Positions 1-8,271 of a DNA stretch of 26,424 nt are shown here, piece by piece. The notes under the pieces were generated by a model. That model ran no database searches, was not told the origin of the DNA, and worked only from the letters and a program-made list of their open reading frames with translations. A program made the position numbers and the translations under genes. Position 1 is the first letter of the stretch, and the number at the start of each line of letters is the position of its first letter. Origin of the DNA: Myxococcales bacterium (GTDB taxonomy: Bacteria > Myxococcota_A > Polyangia > Haliangiales > Haliangiaceae); assembly GCA_947483555.1 (NCBI GenBank), contig CANKMW010000015.1, forward strand, positions 1-26,424, written 5' to 3'.

Positions 1-135
1 CTGCTTAACCAGGGGCTCGACTGGTACAGCGCGATCCCAAACATGAAGCCGGAGCGCCTCGAGCTGCTGATGGCGACGTTCGATGCCGGCGTCCGCCGTC
101 ACGCGGTCTTCCGCGAAATCTTCGGCGTCATATGA
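1..135 (+). CDS. 3' end of an upstream gene running off the window edge. Frame 1 is open from position 1 to a TGA at 133-135 and reads ...LLNQGLDWYSAIPNMKPERLELLMATFDAGVRRHAVFREIFGVI*. Product unknown.
   Basis: Open frame from the window start with high GC3 codon usage typical of the neighbouring genes. No recognisable motif. It overlaps the annotated start of the cytochrome ORF in another frame. Confidence 0.4.
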   Translation: MLNQGLDWYSAIPNMKPERLELLMATFDAGVRRHAVFREIFGVI

Positions 136-2077
136 GGGGATGCCTCAGCTGCAGGGCAAGCACGGCGTGACGCCGTGCGCGAAGTGCCACACCCAGGCCA
201 ACCGGCAGGGCCTGCGCACGTTCCTGGGCGCCGAGCGCACCTGCGGCGGCTGTCACGACGATCACCCGCACGGCCGGCTGCGGTCGGCGCTGACGCGCTG
301 CGATCGCTGCCACACCGAGACCGTGTGGTCACCGCAGAAGCCCACCAAGGACTTCGATCACGACGCCAAGGGCGACGCCGCGATGGCGCTCGAAGGCAGT
401 CATGCCGACGTCGCGTGCAGCAAGTGCCATCCCAAGGCGGCGTTCAAGCTGGCCGGCTTCGATGGTCAGTGCGGGACGTGCCACGACAGCCCGCACGACG
501 GTCAGCTGTTCGGCACCAAGAAGTGCACGAGCTGCCACTCGCCGCGCCTCGGCTCGCTCGACGCGATCCAGTTCGACCACAAGAAGCAGGCCGGCTACCC
601 GCTGCTCGGCGAGCACGCTCGGCTGCCATGCGCGACGTGCCACACCCCGGCGCTCGGCAAGCGCGAGCCCACCGGCCGCTGCGAGGCCTGTCACGCCGAC
701 GACAACAAGCACGGCCCGCGCTTCGCGGCGTTCGGTGACCCGCCGCTGTGCACCACGTGTCACTCGCAGCGGGGCTGGAAGAGCGGCTTCCAGTTCAACC
801 ACGAGACCGGCGCCGGGTTCGAGCTGACCGGCAAGCACGCCGCGGTCGGCTGCCGGGCCTGCCATCGCGGCGCACGAGCGTCGGAGTTCGAGCGCTTCGA
901 CGTGAAGAAGAACGGCTGCATGAGCTGCCACCAGCACCAGCGTGCGCACGGCGGCAAGTTCACCAACGACCGCTGTCTGACCTGCCACAACGAGGCGGGC
1001 AGCAAGCGCATGCGCAGCGAGTCCCTCGAGCTGTTCCACGGCCAGGGTTCGAAGTTCCCGCTCGCCAACGCCCACGCCAAGGTCGACTGCCAGCTGTGCC
1101 ACGTCAACGACGTCTATGCCGAGACGCCTCGCGAGTGCGGGGTGTCGTGCCACGAGGACTCGCTGCACCGCGGCAGCCTGGGACCGGAGTGCTCGCGCTG
1201 CCACGAGCCGGGACAGTGGCCCGCGGTGCGCTTCGATCACGGCGCCGACACCGACTGGCGACTGGCTGGCAAGCACGCCGCGATCAAGACCTGCGACGGC
1301 TGTCACCCGAACCGGATCTACGACGGCACGCCGCGAACCTGCGGCGCGTCGGGTTGTCACCAGCGCGACGACGTCCACGCCGGCCAGCTCGGGACCCGGT
1401 GCGATACGTGTCACCGCGACGACGGCGGCCTGTTGTTCCGGCACAACCGCGACGCCCGCTTCAAGATCGACGGCGGTCACGTGGGCGTGGCGTGCGCGAG
1501 CTGTCACGCGACCCGGACCTTCAAGCCGACCCGTCGCGACTGCGTCGGCTGCCACGCCGAGCCCGCGGTGCACGCCGGCCGCTACGGCACCGCGTGCGAG
1601 CGCTGCCACTCGACCACCCGCTTCACCGACGTCTCGGCGTTGCACGACGTCGGTGACTTCTCGCTGACCGGCGCCCACGATCGGGTCGCGTGTCGCGAGT
1701 GCCACCAGCGCGGCGAGCAGCGGCGGGGCTCCGGCAACCTGTGCATCACCTGTCATCGCGACGACGACATCCACCAGAACTCGCTGTCGCCGCGCTGCGG
1801 CGAGTGCCATGGCCAGCGCGCGTTCGCGCCGGCGCGCTTCGATCATCTCGCGGTCGGCTGCAACCTGCTGGGGCAACACCGCACGTTGCCGTGCGCCGAC
1901 TGCCACCGCAGCGGCAACTTCGGCGCCGTCTCGCCGCTGTGCGTGAGTTGCCATCGCGACGACGCGGCCGCGGTCGCCGTCCCCGACCACGGCCCCCTGC
2001 TCGACTGCGGGCGCTGTCACAACCCCGACGTCTGGGTACCGGCCACCGCGCTCGGGGGGCAGAGCATATGTCGTTGA
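83..2077 (+). CDS. Multiheme c-type cytochrome with 27 heme-binding motifs, arranged as nine tandem c7-like triheme domains. Alternative start ATG at 140, directly preceded by GAGGGG.
   Basis: The translation contains 25 CXXCH motifs plus one CX3CH (CGVSCH) and one CX4CH (CGASGCH). They fall in recurring triads with spacings of about 12-13 residues. Each triad is preceded by F-x-H...G-x-H...C-x-x-CH, as in triheme cytochrome c7 (PpcA-like) domains. No N-terminal signal peptide is encoded from either candidate start. Confidence 0.88.
   Translation: MPASAVTRSSAKSSASYEGMPQLQGKHGVTPCAKCHTQANRQGLRTFLGAERTCGGCHDDHPHGRLRSALTRCDRCHTETVWSPQKPTKDFDHDAKGDAAMALEGSHADVACSKCHPKAAFKLAGFDGQCGTCHDSPHDGQLFGTKKCTSCHSPRLGSLDAIQFDHKKQAGYPLLGEHARLPCATCHTPALGKREPTGRCEACHADDNKHGPRFAAFGDPPLCTTCHSQRGWKSGFQFNHETGAGFELTGKHAAVGCRACHRGARASEFERFDVKKNGCMSCHQHQRAHGGKFTNDRCLTCHNEAGSKRMRSESLELFHGQGSKFPLANAHAKVDCQLCHVNDVYAETPRECGVSCHEDSLHRGSLGPECSRCHEPGQWPAVRFDHGADTDWRLAGKHAAIKTCDGCHPNRIYDGTPRTCGASGCHQRDDVHAGQLGTRCDTCHRDDGGLLFRHNRDARFKIDGGHVGVACASCHATRTFKPTRRDCVGCHAEPAVHAGRYGTACERCHSTTRFTDVSALHDVGDFSLTGAHDRVACRECHQRGEQRRGSGNLCITCHRDDDIHQNSLSPRCGECHGQRAFAPARFDHLAVGCNLLGQHRTLPCADCHRSGNFGAVSPLCVSCHRDDAAAVAVPDHGPLLDCGRCHNPDVWVPATALGGQSICR
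170..2050 (+). repeat. Nine tandem ~210-bp coding repeats, one triheme c7-like domain each, inside the cytochrome gene. Boundaries approximate.
   Basis: Periodic recurrence in the protein of (F/L)xH...~20...CxxCH...~12...CxxCH...~13...CxxCH modules. Divergent at DNA level but clearly modular. Confidence 0.55.
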
Positions 2078-3714
2078 GGGCCCGCCGGCCGTGGATGGCC
2101 GTGGTGGTGGTGACGACGATCGCGGCGTGGCCGTCGGCGGCACGGGCGCAGTTCGTCGATCGAACCGTGGTGGTCGACGACGACGGTGGTGACGGCGACG
2201 CCACGACCTCGGCCGCGGCCGACCCCACCGCGTCGCCGCCGGCCGGCGATCAGGCCCACGACCTCGAGGTTCGCCTGACCCTGTCGAGCTTCGTGCACCG
2301 CGAGCTCGGGTCCGACGGCCCGCCGCTGGTCGCGGGTGGTGACGCGCCCGATGACGCCAGTCCGGTGCGGCGGTTCTTCGGTGACGCGCGGCTCGAGCTC
2401 CGCGCCGACCGGGTCGGCGGCGGCAGCCTGCGCTTCGATGGTCGCATCCGCGAGACCACCAGCGAGCGCTACCAGGCCGGCGCCGGCGCCGGCGCCGAGT
2501 ACGAGCTGCGCGCTGCGTTCTACCGGCGCGCGCTGGGCGGCAGCGAGCTGCGGGTCGGGCGGCTGGTGGTCGACGCGGTCGGAGCGACCCGGCTCGACGG
2601 CGTCGCCGTCGAGCGGCGGCTGGCGGCGGCGTGGTCCGCGACGCTGTTCGGCGGCGCGTATCCGCAGCGCGGCTCGCGCTCGATCACCACCGACTACGCG
2701 GCGATCCGGGAAGCGGGCGCGGCCACCGGCGCGCCGCTGGTGCCGATCGTCGGTGGCGGCGGGCTGTCGTACCGTCGGCCGTCGCTGTACGGCGACCTCG
2801 GCGTGGGCGGCATCCACGTGCTCCAGGACGTGCCCGGTGCCGCCGGCGTCGCCGCCAGCCGCGTGTTCACGAGCGCGAGCGGTTACTGGCGGCCGGCGCC
2901 GTGGATCGACGCCTACCACTACGGCGTGCTCGAGGTCGCCGGCGCCGGCGACGTGCGCTTGACCAATGGCAGCCTCGGCGTCGACGGCTTCCCGGTGCCG
3001 GCGCTGAAGCTGGCCCTGACCGCCCATCACGTCGACACCGAGTTGCTCGAGATCAGCGCCCGCAACGTGCTCGAAGATCCGGACCCGGCGGCGATGGGCG
3101 TGGTGCAGAACGACGCCGCCGTGGTGCGGGTGTCGCAGGACCTGGCCCGGGCCGGCGTCAGCCTCGCGCTCGCGCAAGCCCGGTTCGAGCTGTCGGCCAG
3201 CGGCGGCCTGCACCGCCGTCCGGCCATCGACGTGCCACTCGCCGACGGCGGCGTGGTGGCGTTCCCGGCCGCGTCGATGGCCGAGGCCACGCTGGCGGTG
3301 CTCGACCGCCGTTCGTTCGCCGGCCTGCGGGTGGCGCTGTCGGGGAGCGCGCTGGGGCCGATCGGCGACCAGGCGCCGAGCCGGTCACGCGGCGTGGCGG
3401 CGCGGCTGGTCGTGAGTCGTGCCGGTGAGCGCGGTGATGTCGAGCTCGACCTCGTGGCCCAGCGGTTCTCCGACCTCGGGCCGCGGACCGGCTGCACGAC
3501 GCTCGATCCGCTGGCCTGTCACGGCACCGCCCGCAGCACCGCGGCGCAGGTCGGCGGGCTGCTCACCCTGCGCGCCGGGTCCGAGTGGTTGCTGCTGATC
3601 GACGGTCACCTCGGGGTCCGCGACGCCGAGTCGTCGACCGTCGGCGCGATGGTCGAGTGGCCGCGCGTGGTTTCGGTGAGCGGCTTCGCGAGACTTTCGT
3701 GGCGCTATCGGTGA
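2068..3714 (+). CDS. Secreted hypothetical protein of 548 aa with a cleavable signal peptide and pervasive amphipathic beta-strand periodicity. Putative outer-membrane beta-barrel (porin-like).
   Basis: ATG at 2068 overlaps the cytochrome stop (2075-2077). N-terminus MSLRARRPWMAVVVVTTIAAWPSAARA|QF is a classic Sec signal with an AxA site. The mature protein is rich in alternating hydrophobic/polar segments (EVRLTLSSFV, ELRAAFYRRAL, RLVVDAVGATRLDGVAVERRL, GLLTLRAGSEWLLLIDGHLGV) with many Gly/Tyr/Trp. The C-terminus ...VSVSGFARLSWRYR has alternating aromatics. The track ORF 1690-2067 upstream in the same frame overlaps the cytochrome gene and is not coding. Confidence 0.72.
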   Translation: MSLRARRPWMAVVVVTTIAAWPSAARAQFVDRTVVVDDDGGDGDATTSAAADPTASPPAGDQAHDLEVRLTLSSFVHRELGSDGPPLVAGGDAPDDASPVRRFFGDARLELRADRVGGGSLRFDGRIRETTSERYQAGAGAGAEYELRAAFYRRALGGSELRVGRLVVDAVGATRLDGVAVERRLAAAWSATLFGGAYPQRGSRSITTDYAAIREAGAATGAPLVPIVGGGGLSYRRPSLYGDLGVGGIHVLQDVPGAAGVAASRVFTSASGYWRPAPWIDAYHYGVLEVAGAGDVRLTNGSLGVDGFPVPALKLALTAHHVDTELLEISARNVLEDPDPAAMGVVQNDAAVVRVSQDLARAGVSLALAQARFELSASGGLHRRPAIDVPLADGGVVAFPAASMAEATLAVLDRRSFAGLRVALSGSALGPIGDQAPSRSRGVAARLVVSRAGERGDVELDLVAQRFSDLGPRTGCTTLDPLACHGTARSTAAQVGGLLTLRAGSEWLLLIDGHLGVRDAESSTVGAMVEWPRVVSVSGFARLSWRYR

Positions 3715-3822
3715 CGGTGTACGCGGGCTGCGCAGCCGTTCCGGGACCTGCACATCGGCGCGGCGCAGGTAGGCGGAACTCCGTGATCGCCGCGCGGCAT
3801 CACGCTTGCTGGAATCTTCCAG

Positions 3823-6800
3823 GTGGCCTGGACGCGCTCTCTCCTGCTCGCGCTGGCCGCGCTCGGGCTGGCGGCGTGCGATCTGGGCTCGTTCGATCCG
3901 AGCGACGGCGGCATCCCGGTCCAGGATCAGACCACCTGCGCCGCCAGCTGTCACGGCTCCGACGGCGTCGCGGCGCCGCCGCGCGATACCTCGGGCGGCA
4001 CCGATCCGGCGACGACCGGCGTCGGTGCGCACCGCGCGCACCTCGAAACCTCGTCGTGGCACAAGCGCCTGGAGTGCAGCACCTGCCATGTGGTGCCCGA
4101 GGAGATCGGTGCGGCCGGACACCTCGACACCGCGTTGCCCGCCGAGCTCACGTTCGGTGGCCTCGGCGAGAACAGCGCCTGGAGCGGCACCTCGTGCACC
4201 AGCTACTGCCACGGCGCCGCGCTCACCGGCGGCGCGACGACCGAGCCGGTGTGGATCCAGAACGCGAGCACGCCGAGCGACTGCGGCTCGTGCCACGGCG
4301 CGCCGCCGCCGGCGCCACACCCGCAGGATGGTGAGTGCGCCACCTGCCACCCGACGATGAACCCGGGCGGCGGCCTCGAGATCGCGTACCCGGAGTTGCA
4401 CATCGATGGCCACCTCGACGTCGTCAACGCCGCCGCCTGCGATAGCTGCCACGGCGCGGCCGGCGATCCGGCGCCACCGCGCGACACCACCGGCGGCACG
4501 GCGACCGCGGCGCGCGGCGTCGGCGCCCACCAGGTCCACCTCGGTAGCTCGTCGTGGCACGCGCAGCTCGATTGCACGCAGTGTCACCGCGTGCCGGCGG
4601 GCATCTCGGATCTCGGCCACATCGACACGCCGCTGCCGGCCGAGATCTCGTTCGGCACGCTGGCCGGGAACGGAACCTGGAACGGCACCTCGTGCGCCGG
4701 CTCGTACTGCCACGGCGCGACCTTGACCGGCGGCAACCGGCGCACGCCGGAGTGGACGCGCGTCGACGGCAGCCAGAGCCAGTGCAGCTCGTGCCACGGC
4801 GCGCCGCCGCCGCCGCCGCACCCGACCAACAACAACTGCGGCACCTGTCACCAGACCATGGCGCCGGGCGGCGGCATGGTGATCGCGTACCCGGCGCTGC
4901 ACATCGACGGCAACGTCGACGTGATCGGCGGCCAGGCCTGCGACGCCTGCCACGGCGCCGCCGGCAACCCGGCGCCGCCGCGCGACACCACCGGTGGCAC
5001 CTCGACCACGCTGCGCACCGTCGGTGCCCACCGCCGCCACCTCGACGCCTCGACGTGGCGCAAGGACCTCGCCTGCGTCGAGTGCCACCGCGTGCCGGGC
5101 GCGACCGCCTCGATCGGCCACCTGGACACGCCGGCGCCCGCCGAGATCACGTTCGGCGCGCTGGCCGGCACCGCGAGCTGGAACGGCAACAGCTGCGCCA
5201 ACACCTACTGCCATGGCGCCACCCTGGCCGGCGGCACGGCGGTGAATCCGGTGTGGACCCAGGTCGACGGCGCGCAGGGGCAGTGCGGCTCGTGTCACGG
5301 CACCCCGCCGCCGCCGCCCCACCCGGTCGACCCCGACTGCGGCGCCTGCCACGCGACGATGACCGCCGGTCTGGGCCTGGTGATCACCGATCCGGCCCGC
5401 CACATCGACGGCAACCTCGACGTCACCGGCGATCAGGCCTGCGATGCGTGCCACGGCTCGGGCGGCGTCGCCGCGCCGCCGCGCGACAACGCCGGCAACA
5501 CCGCGACCACCGCGCGCGGCGTCGGCGCGCACCGCGCCCATCTCGGCGCCGGCGCCTGGTCGGCGACCATCGCCTGCACCGATTGCCATCGCGTCCCCGG
5601 GGCGGTCAGCGCGGTCGGCCACGTCGACACGCCGCTGCCAGCCGAGGTCCGGTTCAGCGCCCGCGCCGGGACCGCGACCCAGTGGAACGGATCGCGCTGC
5701 TCCAACAACTACTGCCACGGCGCCACGCTCGGCGGCGGCACCACCACGGCGCCGATCTGGAACCAGGTCGGCAGCGGCCAGGCGGCGTGCGGATCGTGCC
5801 ACGGCCGGCCGCCGCCGCCGCCGCATCCGGCGCAGGGCGATTGCGGGACGTGTCACGACACCATGACGCCCGGCAACAACACGACGATCACCGCGCCAGC
5901 CCGCCACATCGACGGCAACCTCGACGTCACCACCAACCAGGCCTGCGACGCGTGTCATGGCTCCGGCGGCGTGTCGGCCCCACCCGACGACACCGCCGGC
6001 AACAACAGCACCGCCGCGCGCGGCGTCGGCGCGCACCGGGCGCATCTCGGCACCTCGACGTGGCACCAGCAGGTCACCTGTACGCAGTGTCATCGGGTGC
6101 CGACCGGCGTGACCTCGGTCGGCCACACCGACACGCCGCTGCCCGCCGAGCTCACGTTCAGCGCGCTGGCCGCGGGCACGACCTGGAACGGGACCACCTG
6201 CGGCACCAGCTACTGCCACGGCGCGACGCTGGCCGCCGGTGGCACCGCGACGGCGCCGCTGTGGACGCGGGTCGATGGCACCCAGGCCGCCTGCACCGCC
6301 TGCCACGGCGCGCCACCGCCGCCGCCGCACCCGAACGATAGCAACTGCCAGGGCTGCCACGCCCCGGTCGCCGGGCCGGGCCTGACCATCGCCACCCCGG
6401 CGCTGCACATCGACGGCACGCTGCAGGTGACCAGCATCCACTCGGCGGGTTGGGCGCAGCCGACCCAGCACGGCACCGCGTTCAACGCGCAGGGACCGTC
6501 GAGCTGCGCCACCGCCAGCTGTCACGGCGTCGCGCTCACCGGCGGGGCCTCGAACGTGTCGTGCAACGGTTGCCACACCGGCTGGCAGACCACCTGCGTC
6601 TTCTGCCACGGCGGGACGGACAACGCGACCGGGGCGCCGCCCGAGAGCGTGGCCGGCCTCACCGCCGTCGCCGATCGTCACGTCGGGGGCCACACCGCGC
6701 ACGTCGCCGCCTCGACGACCCACGCCGCCTACGCCTGCAGCGCCTGTCACGTCACGCCGTCGAACGCGCTGAGCGCCGGCCACGTCGACGGCGTCGCCAA

Positions 6801-7197
6801 CGCCGAGGTGCGCTACTCGACGATGAACGCCGCCGCTACCTACAACGTGACCACCGCCGGCTGCGCCACGCTCTACTGCCACGGCAACGGCCGCACCAGC
6901 GGTGGCCTCGCGACCTGGACCTCGACCACCAACCTCGGCTGCGCCTCGTGTCACAACGATGGCGGCAATCCGCAGCTCATGTCCGGCGATCACAAGAAGC
7001 ACATCGCCGACGAGAACATGGCCTGCACCGAGTGCCACCAGACCGTGGTCAACGCCGCCGCGCAGATCATCGCCCCCGCCCTGCACGTCAACGGCCTCAA
7101 GGAAGTGAGGATGGCGGTCGGCGGCACCTGGAACCCGGCCAATCGCTCGTGCTCGGGCCTCCCCGGCGGCGCCTGCCACGGCACCAAGACCTGGTGA
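3823..7197 (+). CDS. Giant multiheme c-type cytochrome lipoprotein of 1124 aa with ~32 heme motifs. Five tandem ~167-aa modules carry paired CX4CH...CXXCH motifs of the Geobacter type (TIGR01904-like), followed by a distinct C-terminal domain with ~7 hemes.
   Basis: GTG start. The lipoprotein signal MAWTRSLLLALAALGLAAC has the lipobox L-A-A-C. Each module repeats CxxCH, CxxCH, CX4CH (CAGSYCH, CANTYCH, CSNNYCH, CGTSYCH; CX3CH CTSYCH in module 1), CxxCH, PPPPPHP, CxxCH. The C-terminal part adds CATASCH, CNGCH, CVFCH, CSACH, CATLYCH, CASCH and CTECH. The opposite-strand ORF 3385-7977 is Ala/Gly/Arg-rich junk. Confidence 0.9.
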   Translation: MAWTRSLLLALAALGLAACDLGSFDPSDGGIPVQDQTTCAASCHGSDGVAAPPRDTSGGTDPATTGVGAHRAHLETSSWHKRLECSTCHVVPEEIGAAGHLDTALPAELTFGGLGENSAWSGTSCTSYCHGAALTGGATTEPVWIQNASTPSDCGSCHGAPPPAPHPQDGECATCHPTMNPGGGLEIAYPELHIDGHLDVVNAAACDSCHGAAGDPAPPRDTTGGTATAARGVGAHQVHLGSSSWHAQLDCTQCHRVPAGISDLGHIDTPLPAEISFGTLAGNGTWNGTSCAGSYCHGATLTGGNRRTPEWTRVDGSQSQCSSCHGAPPPPPHPTNNNCGTCHQTMAPGGGMVIAYPALHIDGNVDVIGGQACDACHGAAGNPAPPRDTTGGTSTTLRTVGAHRRHLDASTWRKDLACVECHRVPGATASIGHLDTPAPAEITFGALAGTASWNGNSCANTYCHGATLAGGTAVNPVWTQVDGAQGQCGSCHGTPPPPPHPVDPDCGACHATMTAGLGLVITDPARHIDGNLDVTGDQACDACHGSGGVAAPPRDNAGNTATTARGVGAHRAHLGAGAWSATIACTDCHRVPGAVSAVGHVDTPLPAEVRFSARAGTATQWNGSRCSNNYCHGATLGGGTTTAPIWNQVGSGQAACGSCHGRPPPPPHPAQGDCGTCHDTMTPGNNTTITAPARHIDGNLDVTTNQACDACHGSGGVSAPPDDTAGNNSTAARGVGAHRAHLGTSTWHQQVTCTQCHRVPTGVTSVGHTDTPLPAELTFSALAAGTTWNGTTCGTSYCHGATLAAGGTATAPLWTRVDGTQAACTACHGAPPPPPHPNDSNCQGCHAPVAGPGLTIATPALHIDGTLQVTSIHSAGWAQPTQHGTAFNAQGPSSCATASCHGVALTGGASNVSCNGCHTGWQTTCVFCHGGTDNATGAPPESVAGLTAVADRHVGGHTAHVAASTTHAAYACSACHVTPSNALSAGHVDGVANAEVRYSTMNAAATYNVTTAGCATLYCHGNGRTSGGLATWTSTTNLGCASCHNDGGNPQLMSGDHKKHIADENMACTECHQTVVNAAAQIIAPALHVNGLKEVRMAVGGTWNPANRSCSGLPGGACHGTKTW
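3937..6432 (+). repeat. Five direct tandem repeats of ~501 bp (167 codons) inside the lipoprotein cytochrome gene. Each encodes a 5-heme module.
   Basis: Module starts at the conserved motif CD(A/S)CHG fall at aa 39, 206, 373, 540 and 708. That is a period of 167-168 aa, about 501 bp. Protein-level identity between units is high, so substantial DNA-level identity is expected. Confidence 0.8.
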
Positions 7198-7248
7198 TCG
7201 CGGCGGCGACCGCAACTCGGCGGGCTGCGCCGTGTCACGCTGGAGGTG

Positions 7249-8205
7249 ATGACGGGCCATGATCGCCTCCGGACGCTCACCGCCGGCGCGGTGGTCGCCG
7301 CCGCGTGCTCCGGGCCCGGCGGCGGCGGTGGCGAGCGCCTGATGGCCGAGATCCCGCCCGGGCCGCGGCCCGCGCCCGCGGCGCTGGTGGAGCCGGCCGC
7401 CGCCGGCCCGTTCTCGCCGGCGGCCTACGCGCGACACGTGCTGGCGTTGCGCGAGCGGCTCGCTGCCGCCGGTCACGGCGAGCTCAACATCCGCATCGAC
7501 GAGCCGTTCGTGGTGGTCGGTGACGATGAACCCGCCGTGCTGGCGCGGCGCGCGCAGACGGTGCGCTGGGCGGTCGAGCGGCTGGAGCGCGACTTCTTCG
7601 CGCAGCGACCGACCCGGATCCTGGACGTGTACCTGTTCTCCACCGCGGCCACCTACCAGCGCGGCGTGCGCGCGCTGACCGGCGCCGCGCCCGGCACGCC
7701 GTACGGGTTCTACTCGAGCGAGCACGACGGCCTGTTCATGAACATCGCCACCGGCGGCGGCACGCTGGTGCACGAGCTCGTGCACCCCTACGTCGAGGCC
7801 GACTTTCCCGGCGCGCCGGCGTGGCTCAACGAAGGGCTCGGCTCGCTGTTCGAGCAGAGCTCCGACGACGACGGCCACATCATCGGCCTCACCAACTGGC
7901 GCCTCGCCGGTCTCCAGCAGGCGATCCGCGCCGGCACGGTGCCCAGCTTCCGCGCGCTGACCAAGATGAGCGAGCACGCGTTCTACGTCCAGGACCGGGG
8001 CACCAACTACGCCCAGGCCCGCTACCTCCTCTACTACCTGCAGCAGGAGGGCAAGCTGGTCGACTTCTACCGCCGGTTCCGCGCCGCGCGCGCCGCCGAT
8101 CCGACCGGCTACGGCACCCTGGTCACGGCGCTCGGCGAGGCCGACATGGCGGGATTCCAGCGCCGCTGGGCGGCCTGGGTGCTGGAGCTGCGGTTCGACG
8201 ATTGA
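7249..8205 (+). CDS. Putative zinc metallopeptidase (HExxH), probable lipoprotein. Alternative GTG start at 7246.
   Basis: GGAGG sits immediately upstream. The N-terminus MTGHDRLRTLTAGAVVAAACSGPGGGGG resembles a lipoprotein signal with Cys followed by a Gly-rich linker. The motif HELVH, followed by NEGLGSLFE about 20 aa later, resembles a gluzincin HExxH...E arrangement. Confidence 0.7.
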   Translation: MTGHDRLRTLTAGAVVAAACSGPGGGGGERLMAEIPPGPRPAPAALVEPAAAGPFSPAAYARHVLALRERLAAAGHGELNIRIDEPFVVVGDDEPAVLARRAQTVRWAVERLERDFFAQRPTRILDVYLFSTAATYQRGVRALTGAAPGTPYGFYSSEHDGLFMNIATGGGTLVHELVHPYVEADFPGAPAWLNEGLGSLFEQSSDDDGHIIGLTNWRLAGLQQAIRAGTVPSFRALTKMSEHAFYVQDRGTNYAQARYLLYYLQQEGKLVDFYRRFRAARAADPTGYGTLVTALGEADMAGFQRRWAAWVLELRFDD

Positions 8206-8271
8206 CGACGCGCGCGCGGTCGGCGATCAATTGAGGACGACGACGCCCGCGCGTGGCGCGCCGGCGCTATC

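Noticed and set aside
1690-2067. Upstream extension of the 2068-3714 ORF, with track start at 1690.
   Set aside because: It overlaps the cytochrome gene in another frame and translates to an Arg/Pro-rich segment. The biologically sensible start is the ATG at 2068, which gives a textbook signal peptide.
329-2143. 604-aa minus-strand ORF antisense to the 27-heme cytochrome gene.
   Set aside because: Ala/Arg/Gly/Val-rich low-complexity translation with no motifs. The plus-strand frame carries 27 heme-binding motifs. This is a typical antisense artefact of high-GC coding DNA.
3385-7977. 1530-aa minus-strand ORF spanning the lipoprotein cytochrome gene.
   Set aside because: Composition is almost entirely Ala/Gly/Arg/Val with no signal, no motifs and no sensible start context. 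The opposite strand encodes a coherent lipoprotein with ~32 CxxCH/CX4CH motifs and an exact modular periodicity.
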